This document shows, piece after piece, positions 51,070 to 59,617 of a DNA stretch of 64,000 bases. The stretch covers positions 2,816 to 66,815 of the forward strand of contig JBKJSC010000265.1 of the NCBI GenBank assembly GCA_046593035.1, read 5' to 3'. This DNA is from Limisphaerales bacterium. GTDB lineage: Bacteria > Verrucomicrobiota > Verrucomicrobiia > Limisphaerales > JAYTXL01. The notes beneath the pieces are model-generated. The model saw only the letters and a list, made by a program, of their open reading frames with translations, did no database searches and was not told where the DNA came from. The position numbers and the translations under genes are program-made. Positions within the stretch are counted from its first letter, which is position 1, and every line of letters begins with the position of its first letter.

Positions 51070-52392
51070 TCAATTCCCACCCGCCCACTTCGGCGGGTTC
51101 TTGAGTTGGAAGAGCATCTCGCCGGCTTTTCGCACCAGCAGCACGCCTTCGTCCTCGCGATTCGCGTAGTCTTCGATGCGAATGCTTTTGGGATCACGGT
51201 AGCCGAGGTTGATTTTTCGACAGGTTTCCGGCGAGATGCCGGTGGCGAGGATCACCCGGGCGCGCGGCGTTTCGACGCCGTTCTCATAGGTGCCTAGGCC
51301 GTGGACGTGCGCGGAATGGGCGAGCACGCCCCAGGGATAATCTTTGAACTTGTCCCATTGCTTGAGAAAATAATCACGGCAATGGTAGCCGATTTCGTGC
51401 AGCGTTTTGCCGTGCGCAACGCAGACCTCGGTGATGTGCGGCGCGTAGATGATGAGTTCGCCGCCATCGGCCAGCACGGGTTCCAATTTGTACATGGCCT
51501 TGCCGCCCGTCCACAGCTCGTCATACATCGGCGGACAGCAGGAGAGGATGGTGTGAAACGGTTTCTCTTTGTAAGTGATGTGAACCTGCTTGGACAATTC
51601 GCTCGCCGCGTCCCAGGCCGTTTCCGGTGTACCGATGAACAAGCCAGCCAGCGTCTTGTCCGGGCGCACCACCATGCTAAAACAACGCTTGTTCACCTTC
51701 ACCATCCCCCCGGCGTGATCCACCACCTGGCGGACGGCCGTCCATTTGTTGCCGATGATCATCGGATTGGTGACCACCGCGCCGAGCCAGTGGAAGAAAT
51801 TCAAAATGTCCGGCCCGCTCACTCCCGGGAAAAGGTATTTGTTGCCGCCGGAGAACCCGACGACCTCATGCGGGAACACCGGGCCAATGATGATGACCTC
51901 GTCGTAATTAAACACCATTTTATTGATGTCCACCGGCACGTCCATCGCGAACAAACCACCGGACAGATCGCTGATCTCGTGGGCGGGAATCACGCCGATG
52001 CGTTGCAGGGCCGCCGGATTGTCCCAAGCGTGGTTGAAGAATCGCACGCGGCGGTAGGTCGTCACCCGCTCGGCCCCGGAAATCTCCAGGCGTTGGCAGA
52101 TCGCCGCGTCATTCATCGGCTGGTGCGTGCCGAGCGCGATCAGGACGTCCAGGGATTGGGTGCCGGCGGCGATTCGTTGGTGCAACGTCCGAAACACCAA
52201 CCCCACCGGTGCGGTCCGGGTGGCGTCGGGCACGATCAGCAGGATCTTTTTGCCCCGGTAACTCTCGACCGGAAAGGCCTGCGCAACCAGCGCCTCCACT
52301 TCTGGCAGCGAAATCGTCTGTGCAGCCGGCGACGTCTGCGAAACCAAATCCATGGAATCACTTTGATGCATTGACCGGAAGCATGGTCGCAA
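51070..52392 (-). CDS. LarA-like (lactate racemase N-terminal domain, DUF2088) protein
   Basis: KILLIVPDATRTAP and LIALGTHQPM resemble LarA-family motifs. About 430 aa. The start among M1/M8/M14 is uncertain. Confidence 0.6.
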   Translation of the reverse strand: MRPCFRSMHQSDSMDLVSQTSPAAQTISLPEVEALVAQAFPVESYRGKKILLIVPDATRTAPVGLVFRTLHQRIAAGTQSLDVLIALGTHQPMNDAAICQRLEISGAERVTTYRRVRFFNHAWDNPAALQRIGVIPAHEISDLSGGLFAMDVPVDINKMVFNYDEVIIIGPVFPHEVVGFSGGNKYLFPGVSGPDILNFFHWLGAVVTNPMIIGNKWTAVRQVVDHAGGMVKVNKRCFSMVVRPDKTLAGLFIGTPETAWDAASELSKQVHITYKEKPFHTILSCCPPMYDELWTGGKAMYKLEPVLADGGELIIYAPHITEVCVAHGKTLHEIGYHCRDYFLKQWDKFKDYPWGVLAHSAHVHGLGTYENGVETPRARVILATGISPETCRKINLGYRDPKSIRIEDYANREDEGVLLVRKAGEMLFQLKNPPKWAGGN

Positions 52393-52503
52393 ACCGGGAA
52401 AAACTCAAGGGACTCTCCGAAGCGGGATGCGTTTGACTGAACTGCCGGTGAATGCGCTGAAGTCGAATCGGAAAACGAGAAACCAAGGACCCTTTCGCCG
52501 CCG

Positions 52504-53637
52504 TCACTTTTTCGCGGAACCGGCGGACTCCATTTCCTTGAGCAAGGCCGCCACGGCTTCATGCACGTCCGCGCCGGGAACGCCCTTGAAGCGGATCACA
52601 CCTTTGGCGTCGAGAACGTGAAAGGTGGGCCAGGCAAGATTGTTCCATTGCGTTGCGATGGGGCCGGAGGTGTTGCCGCCGTCCCACCAATTGCGCCAGG
52701 TCATCTGTTCGCGCTTCATCGCTGAACGGGCGCGTTCCTTGGGATCGGTGTTCACGCCAACGAGCGCGAACGGTTTGCCTTCAAATTGTCTCACGAGCGA
52801 CCGCTCGTGGGGGTAATTAGCCCGGCACGGTCCTCACCAATCGCCCCAGAAGACGATCGCGGTGACTTTGCCGCGATAGTCGCTCAACTTGAGCTTCTGT
52901 CCCTCCACATCCTCACCCTCCGTCTCCGGCGCGACTTTGCCGACACTCAGGTAACGCAGGTCATACAATTCCCGCTTCGCCATCTCCACCGGGCTGCGGC
53001 GACCGCTTTTGCCGCTGGCGGCCGCGGCGATGAATTTGTCGTAAAACATTTCCGCCTCGGCGCTCATTTTTTCCGGGGCAGTGCTCTTGATTTTCGCAAT
53101 CAACTCCTTGCCGTTGATTAATTCCAAGGCTTCCCGGTCCACGGCTTCCTTGCTCTGCTGCCATTTGACCCAGAGTTGAAACTGCTGGTTGAGCGTGTGG
53201 GCCAGGTGATAAGTCGCTTCGGTTTGCAGTCCGGCGTCGGGATTCTTTTCCGTGATGGCGCGGAGCAATTTTTCCACCGCGACTGTGGGCGGCAAATCCG
53301 CCAACGGGCGAAAGATCACCCCAAGCTTCGGACTCTGGGCGTGATCGCGTTGCAACAAGTTCAAAGCTTGTTCCACCAGATCGGAGCCGTCGGAATCATT
53401 CGTCACGACCCAGAGCAATGCGTCCGCGCCAGCGGGGTCTTTGGGGTGGCTGCGCGCCATTTCCAGAATACGCCCGGCGTGGGCCTCGAACTTCGCTGAA
53501 TTCGGCGCGGCCTGTATTTCCTGGAGCAAGGCTTGCAAATTCGCCGCCGACTCCGCCGCACGCGGCGAGGGCGCGAAGGCCAGCAGCGTCAGGAGGAGCA
53601 AGAGAGCTAAAGGTTGGTTTGAAAAACGGTGCGGCAT
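52504..53637 (-). CDS. TlpA/ResA-like exported thiol:disulfide oxidoreductase, predicted selenoprotein (paralogue A; TGA 52834-52836 read as Sec in W-U-G-P-C)
   Basis: ORF 52834..53637 ends ...KVTAIVFWGDW-TGA. The same frame continues GPCRANYPHERSLVRQFEGKPFALVGVNTD... to the stop at 52504. The total of 1134 nt is a multiple of 3. Signal peptide MPHRFSNQPLALLLLLTLLAFAPSPRA, then a helical N-domain and a thioredoxin-fold C-domain. Confidence 0.75.
52792..52809 (-). promoter_or_regulatory. Candidate SECIS hairpin, paralogue A
   Basis: The mRNA sequence CACGAGC-GGUC-GCUCGUG is a 7-bp perfect stem with a tetraloop. It starts 24 nt after the UGA and is identical in all three paralogues. Confidence 0.6.
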
Positions 53638-53677
53638 AGCGATGCGTAATTACTGGCGGTTCATTCCAACAAAGCAA

Positions 53678-54766
53678 TCATTTCTTCTCAGCCCCTGCTT
53701 TCTCCATTTCCTTTAGCAGCGCGTCCACCGCACGATCCATTTCCTCGCCGCGAACGTTCTTGTAGCGGATCACGCCTTTGGCATCGAGGACGTAGATCGT
53801 CGGCCAGCCGTGGACATCATACTTGGTCGCGATGGGACCGCCGGTGGTTCCGCCGTCCCAGAAGGAGCGCCAGGTGATGTTCTCACGTTTCAAAGCGGCC
53901 TCGACTTTGTCCTTGGGATCGCTGTTGACGCCGAGGAGCGCGAAGGGTTTGTTTTCGAGCCGTTTCACGAGCGACCGCTCGTGAGGGTACATGGCCCGGC
54001 ACGGGGGTCACCAGTCGCCCCAGAAATCAATCGCCACCACCTTGCCGCGATAATCACTCAACTTGAAAGCCTTTCCCTGGATGTCCACGCCCGCAATGTC
54101 CGGTGCCACCTTGCCGATGCCAAAAACGCGGTCTTGCTCCAGTTCCTTTTTGGCGAATTCGCCCATCGTGCCCCGGGAGTATTTGAGGTCGCCGAATTTT
54201 TCGATGAGGAGGTTGAGATATTTTTCAGCTTCCACCGGCGCGCTGCTCTTGAGCAATTGCGCCAGGCTCAGGCAGGCCTGGCCCTGCATCTCGCGCTGCG
54301 GATTCTTTTCCAAAACTGCCTTGAGCAATCGCTCCGCCGCCGGACCGCGCGAGTAGCCTGCGCGCTGGCAAACGCCCGCCAGTTTGTCGCTGTTGGCATG
54401 ATCTTTCGCGAGCGTGTCCAGCGCCTTGGCGGCTTCGGGCGATTGATAGCCAAAGGTGGCCACCCAGATGAGCGCGTCCAGCGCCGCCGGGTCTTTGGGG
54501 GTTTTCCCGGCGAGTTCCATGAAGCGCCCGGCCAATTTCTCCGGTCGCGGTCGCTGCTCGTCCGTCACCTTTTTTTTCTCCTCGGTCGTCTTGGCTTCGC
54601 GCAAGGCTTTGGAATATTCCTGCGACGCGGTGGTGTACTCTTTCACCAGTGCGCGGTATTGATCTGCTGGCGACAGATCGTCCGCTGCCCGAAGCGAAGT
54701 GCTCGCGCAGAGCAGGAGCAGCGGCAACGTTCGCGCCGCGAGCCGAAGTGAGGGAAGTGTTTTCAT
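53678..54766 (-). CDS. TlpA/ResA-like exported thiol:disulfide oxidoreductase, predicted selenoprotein (paralogue B; TGA 54008-54010 read as Sec in W-U-P-P-C)
   Basis: ORF 54008..54766 ends ...KVVAIDFWGDW-TGA. The frame continues PPCRAMYPHERSLVKRLENKPFALLGVNSD.... The total is 1089 nt in frame. Signal peptide MKTLPSLRLAARTLPLLLLCASTSLRA. Confidence 0.75.
53966..53983 (-). promoter_or_regulatory. Candidate SECIS hairpin, paralogue B
   Basis: The same CACGAGCGGUCGCUCGUG hairpin, 24 nt after the UGA. Confidence 0.6.
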
Positions 54767-54799
54767 AGTGTTGTAAGTCTGGCGAGGTTTGGCGCAAAT

Positions 54800-55924
54800 C
54801 TATTTCTTGGCCGTGCTGCCTGCTTCCGCTTCCTTGAGCAGCGCGTCCACGGAATGATCCATCGTGTCATCGCCGGGCGAACCGACCCATTTGTGGCGGA
54901 TCACTCCTTTGTGGTCGATCACATAGAGCGTCGGCCACCCACGGGTGTTCCACTTGCTGGCAATCGGTCCGCTGGTGTTGCCGCCGTCCCACCAGGAACG
55001 CCAGGTCATGTTTTCCTTTTTTAGAACTTCCTTCAGCTTCTCCTTGGGGTCGCTGTTGACGCCGAGGATCACAAAGGGTTTGCCCGCCAGCCGTTTCACG
55101 AGCGACCGCTCGTGGGGATACATCGCCTTGCACGGCCCTCACCAATCGCCCCAGAAGTCGATCAACACCACCTTGCCACGATACTCGCTCAACTTGAACG
55201 CCTTTCCCTCCACGTCCTGCCCTTCAATCTCCGGTGCCGGCTTGCCGACACCGAGGGTGCGAATCTCGAACAATGCCGCCTTGGCCTGGTTCACCAACGG
55301 ACTGGGATTCCCTTGAACGCGGCCAAACTTGTTGATGACTTGCTCGAAATACTCCTCCGCTTGCTTGTCCTTGCCGGGCTGGCCTTGGAGAATTTTCGCC
55401 AGGCTGAACGTGGCCTGGCCCTGCACATCCTGATGCGGGTTCTGGGCGATGATGTCTCGCAACTGTTTCTCGGTCTGCGGCGATGGCGAGTAAGCTAGGC
55501 TCTGGCAAAGCAGACCCAACTTCTCGCTCTGGAGGTGGTCTTTCATCAGAATGCCCATCGCCTTCTCGACTTCTTCTCCGAGCCGGACGCTGGTAACCAA
55601 CCAGATGAGGGCGTCGACCGCGGCGGGGTCTTGGGGATTCTTTTGCGCCAGTTCCAGGAAACGTCCGGCGTATTTCTGCGGCTGCGGGTACGTCGCCGCG
55701 ATTTTTCTGCGCTCCTCATCCGTCTTGACCGTTTGGTACGCTTTGAAAAAATCCTCCTGCGCTTTTTGAAATTCCTGCGTCAACTCCTGATACTGCGCCG
55801 ACGGCGACAGTGCGGCGACCGGTTTCTCCACTGCGCTGGCAGCGGAGGGGAACGCAAGGACGAGCGAGAGTGAAAGCAGCGCCAGCACGGTGCCGGTGAG
55901 GCGCGGGGAAATGGGAGTTCTCAT
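54800..55924 (-). CDS. TlpA/ResA-like exported thiol:disulfide oxidoreductase, predicted selenoprotein (paralogue C; TGA 55139-55141 read as Sec in W-U-G-P-C)
   Basis: ORF 55139..56125 ends ...KVVLIDFWGDW-TGA. The frame continues GPCKAMYPHERSLVKRLAGKPFVILGVNSD.... Start taken at ATG 55924 (MRTPISPRLTGTVLALLSLSLVLAFPSAASA). The total is 1125 nt in frame. Confidence 0.75.
55097..55114 (-). promoter_or_regulatory. Candidate SECIS hairpin, paralogue C
   Basis: The same CACGAGCGGUCGCUCGUG hairpin, 24 nt after the UGA. Confidence 0.6.
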
Positions 55925-56003
55925 GGGATTTGCCTGCACTGATAGAGCAGCTTTGTTCCAATTGCAAGGAGTGAATTCGCCGTGGCCATCGCTACTTTTA
56001 CCA

Positions 56004-57392
56004 TTACGGCACGCTTCCAACCGAAGCCGGTTCGGAGGCGCGCGAGTCCGTTGGCCGGGTTCGCCGCAGGCACGCCACGTAAGCGCCATCGACGCCTTCA
56101 ACGAAGGGGAGCAGCTCGCGTTCATTCTCCAATTGGAAGTCGGCGTGGGCGGCGAGAAATTGTTTCACGGCTTCTCCATTCTCCTCCGGCTCCAGGCTGC
56201 AAGTGCTGTAAACGAGCGTGCCACCGGGTTTCAATCGGGGCGCGGCGTGGCGGAGAATTTCCAACTGTTCGGCGCGGAGGCGTTCGATCTCCTCGGGCTG
56301 GATGCGCCAGCGCAAATCAATACGGCGACGGATGACGCCCGAGTTGGAGCAGGGCGCGTCCACCAGGATGCGGTCAAAGCGTTTGGCGGGACTCGCGATG
56401 AAGGCGTTGGGCGCGACGGAAATTTCCACGCAGGTAACGCCGAGGCGCGCGCAATTTTCATGAATCAAAGCGAGCCGTTCTGGCTGGTTGTCCTGGGCGA
56501 ATATTTTGCCGCGATTTTGCATCCGCTGCGCGATGAAGGTGGTCTTGCCGCCGGGCGCAGCGCAGAGGTCGAGCACGCTTTCGCCGGGCTGCGGGTTGAG
56601 TTCGTGGACGGCGAGCAACGTGCTGGGGTCTTGGATGTAAAACCAACCCGACTTAAAACTCCGCAGACCGGCCAAAGGCGGGTGCGATTCGAGTTGAAAC
56701 ACCAGCCCGTCGCCGGTCCAATCCCAACTGCGCGCGGCGAATTTGACGCCTTCCTTCTGCCATTGCGCGGCGAGCGCGGCGGCATCGGTCTTCAAGGTGT
56801 TGAGCCGAGCGAAGGTCGTGGACGGCGTGTTGTTCGCCCCGAGCAACTGCGCGGTTTTCTCCGCGCCCCAGCGGCTGGTCCAGCGCTGGCAAAGCCATTC
56901 TGGATGCGAGTAACCGAGGTGCGGCTGCGCAATTTTCAATTGCTGCAAGAGTTCCTCCGTGGGCACGCGTTCGCGGGTGTAACCGCGCAGCACGGCGTTG
57001 ACGAAGCCGGCCTGCGGGCCGAAGCCGAGCGTTTTGGCCAGCTCGACCGTTTCGTGAACGGCGGCGTGGTTGGGCACGCGGTCGAGCCAGAACATCTGGT
57101 ACAGGCCGAGCCGCAGCAAAATCTGGAGCGCCGGTTTCTGTTCGCGGCCCTCGGTCTTGCGTGCGATGAGCCAGTCGAGCGTGGTTTGCCAGCGGACGAT
57201 GCCATAGACCAGTTCCTGGCAAAGCCCGCGATCCACGGGCGAGAGCGGCGTTTGCGCCAGCTCGTTTTCGAGCAGAGTTTCTGTGTAATCCGCGCCCGTC
57301 TCGCGTTGCCGCAGGACATTGACCGCAATTTCTCTTGGTTTTTGCTGATGCACTGAGTAATAATGCCCGACGCTCAAGTTTAATCGAGTCAT
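56004..57392 (-). CDS. rsmB: 16S rRNA (cytosine967-C5)-methyltransferase
   Basis: NusB-like N-domain, SAM motif VLDLCAAPGGKT, catalytic DAPCSNSG and STCS. Confidence 0.85.
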   Translation of the reverse strand: MTRLNLSVGHYYSVHQQKPREIAVNVLRQRETGADYTETLLENELAQTPLSPVDRGLCQELVYGIVRWQTTLDWLIARKTEGREQKPALQILLRLGLYQMFWLDRVPNHAAVHETVELAKTLGFGPQAGFVNAVLRGYTRERVPTEELLQQLKIAQPHLGYSHPEWLCQRWTSRWGAEKTAQLLGANNTPSTTFARLNTLKTDAAALAAQWQKEGVKFAARSWDWTGDGLVFQLESHPPLAGLRSFKSGWFYIQDPSTLLAVHELNPQPGESVLDLCAAPGGKTTFIAQRMQNRGKIFAQDNQPERLALIHENCARLGVTCVEISVAPNAFIASPAKRFDRILVDAPCSNSGVIRRRIDLRWRIQPEEIERLRAEQLEILRHAAPRLKPGGTLVYSTCSLEPEENGEAVKQFLAAHADFQLENERELLPFVEGVDGAYVACLRRTRPTDSRASEPASVGSVP

Positions 57393-57403
57393 TTAGAGAA
57401 TCT

Positions 57404-59233
57404 ATGAAAGAAGAGTTCGAGAAGATGGTCGTCGCCGGCAAGATCAACCGCCAGCATGTGGAACCGCTGGTATTGCTCGCCAAGGGCGGGTATTGCACGC
57501 ACCGTAGCTGGGGCTTTGGAAAGATCACCACGGTGGACACGGTATTTGGCCGGTTCACCATTGATTTCCCCGGCAAAGCAGGCCACTCGATGGATCTAGC
57601 CTTCGCGGCGGAATCGCTCAAGCCGATTCCCAGCGACCACGTCCTCGCCCGGAAGTCATCGGACTTGGCCTCGCTCCGGCAAATGGCGGCATTGCACCAT
57701 CTGGACTTGATCAAGCTCGTTCTGCAAAGTTACGGCGGCCGCGCCACCCCGGATCAAATCCAGCAGACGCTAGTGCCGGATGTGATTGCGGACGATTGGA
57801 AGAAATGGTGGGAAGTGGCCAAGCGGGAGTTGAAGAAGGACGGCCATTTCCAGGTGTCGCTCAAGAAAACCGACCCGATCATTTATCAAACGCTGGAAAT
57901 CTCGTTGCAAGAGCGGTTGCTCGGCGAATTCCGCGCGGCCAAAGGACTGAAGGCGCGGCTCACTGTCGCCAATGAAATTCTCAAGAACATTGCCGACCTG
58001 AGCGACAAGCAGGCCGCCGCCACCGAGGCGGTCGCGGCGTTGAACGTGGAAATCGCCACACATCAGCGCACGCAACCGGCGCTGGCGCTGGAGGCGATCT
58101 TTGTCCGCAATGACATCCAGGAGGCCGCCGGAATGGCTACGGCGGAGGGCGACATCGCCGCCAGCTCCATCTGGTTGCAAAACCTGAAGCTCGGCCAGTT
58201 GGTGGAGCAAATGCCCGCCGCCAAGCACAAGCGCGCCTTGCAATCCTTTCAAGAGGCGAACCCGACGCTGTGGTATGAGGCGTTGCTTACGATTTTGAAC
58301 ACCGTGCCCGCCAAGTTGTGCGGCGAATGCGCCCACTTGCTTATCCATAACGGCAAGCTCACCCAACTCAAGGAAACACTGGCGCGGCTCATCAGCCAGC
58401 ACCAGGCCAGCAGCGAACTCCTGCTCTGGCTGGCCAAGGAACGCTCCGATTCCTTCGCCGACATCCTCGGGCCGGAAGTGTTCCGCGCCATGCTGACGGC
58501 GATGGAACGCGACCAGTTTAACGAGAAGAAATCCAACCGTCTGCGGGATTTGATTCTCGACGACCAAAGCCTGCTGCTCGAATTAATCGGTTCCGCCGAC
58601 ATCGAAGTGATCAAGGATTTGACGCGCGCGCTGCAATTGTCGCCGAGCTTCGACGACATGGACAAGCGTTCGCTGCTGGCACGCATCGTAAAAAGTTTTC
58701 CGCTCGTCCAATCGCTCATCACCGGCGAGCAGACCAAACAGGAGGCAATGCTCATCGTTTCCTGGGAAAGCCTGGAACGGCGCAAAAACGAATACGCCGA
58801 ACTGGTGCAGAAGAAAATTCCGGCCAACTCCAAGGAGATTGCCATCGCCCGCAGCTACGGCGACTTGCGCGAAAACCACGAATACAAGGCCGCCAAGGAA
58901 ATGCAGAAACTGCTCATGCGCCAGAAGGCGGAACTGGAAACCCAGTTGGGCCGCGCGCGCGGCACTGATTTTGCCAACATCAAAACCGACCTCGTCAGCG
59001 TCGGCACCAAAGTTAAAGTCACCGACTTGAACAGTCAGCAGGCCGAAACGTTTGCGGTGCTCGGTGCGTGGGATTCCAATCCCGAATCGGGGATCATCAG
59101 CTACCTCAGCCCCGTCGCGCAATCGCTGCTCAACCGCAAGGTCGGCGAGGAAGTGGATTTCGAGCTCGACGCGGTCAAGAAGCGTTACCGCATCGACTCG
59201 ATTGAGGCCACCAAACCGGGGCAAGGCCAGTGA
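57404..59233 (+). CDS. Large GreA/GreB-C-terminal-domain protein with an N-terminal CarD/TRCF-RID-like segment
   Basis: The C-terminus has GDLRENHEYKAAKEMQ...VSVGTKVKVTDL...ISYLSPVAQSLLNRKVGEEV (the GreA C-terminal FKBP-like domain). The N-terminus has GYCTHRSWGFGKITTVD...FTIDF, reminiscent of the CarD-like RNAP-interacting domain. There is a helical linker of about 400 aa. Confidence 0.7.
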   Translation: MKEEFEKMVVAGKINRQHVEPLVLLAKGGYCTHRSWGFGKITTVDTVFGRFTIDFPGKAGHSMDLAFAAESLKPIPSDHVLARKSSDLASLRQMAALHHLDLIKLVLQSYGGRATPDQIQQTLVPDVIADDWKKWWEVAKRELKKDGHFQVSLKKTDPIIYQTLEISLQERLLGEFRAAKGLKARLTVANEILKNIADLSDKQAAATEAVAALNVEIATHQRTQPALALEAIFVRNDIQEAAGMATAEGDIAASSIWLQNLKLGQLVEQMPAAKHKRALQSFQEANPTLWYEALLTILNTVPAKLCGECAHLLIHNGKLTQLKETLARLISQHQASSELLLWLAKERSDSFADILGPEVFRAMLTAMERDQFNEKKSNRLRDLILDDQSLLLELIGSADIEVIKDLTRALQLSPSFDDMDKRSLLARIVKSFPLVQSLITGEQTKQEAMLIVSWESLERRKNEYAELVQKKIPANSKEIAIARSYGDLRENHEYKAAKEMQKLLMRQKAELETQLGRARGTDFANIKTDLVSVGTKVKVTDLNSQQAETFAVLGAWDSNPESGIISYLSPVAQSLLNRKVGEEVDFELDAVKKRYRIDSIEATKPGQGQ

Positions 59234-59592
59234 ACAATTCCAACACACATAATCAGCGTATCGCAAAAATGACTTTTGCTTCGGTCTATCCCATGTATCT
59301 CGCGAAAGTTGAGAAGAAGGGTAGAACAAAAGTAGAGTTACATCAGGTCATAGAGTGGTTAACTGGCTTCGGTAACAAGAAACTGCAGGAATTAATAAAA
59401 GAAAAAGTAACTTTTGAAACATTCTTCAAACATGCGTCGCTCAACCCTAATGCACACCTCATCACAGGCATAATCTGCGGTTACCGAATAGAAGAAATTG
59501 AAAACCCATTGACGAAACAAGTGCGGTATCTAGATAAGTTGGTTGATGAATTGGCAAGAGGAAAAGCAATGGAAAAGATTTTAAGGGAGTAA
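59230..59592 (+). CDS. DUF2200 domain protein (AT-rich gene)
   Basis: 120 aa: RIAKMTFASVYPMYLAKVEKKGRTK.ELHQVIEWLTG...GIICGYRIEEIE. ATGA overlap with the upstream gene. GC is clearly lower than the surroundings. Confidence 0.7.
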   Translation: MNNSNTHNQRIAKMTFASVYPMYLAKVEKKGRTKVELHQVIEWLTGFGNKKLQELIKEKVTFETFFKHASLNPNAHLITGIICGYRIEEIENPLTKQVRYLDKLVDELARGKAMEKILRE

Positions 59593-59617
59593 GGAATCGT
59601 ACACGCCGCCGGAAGCC

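Noticed and set aside
52504-56125. Reading the split TlpA-like and HMA ORFs as pseudogenes or sequencing errors
   Set aside because: There are four independent cases. In every one the stop is TGA, sits exactly at the first redox or metal-binding Cys, has an otherwise intact frame, and is followed by a hairpin. Random nonsense mutations would not all hit the same functional residue with the same codon.
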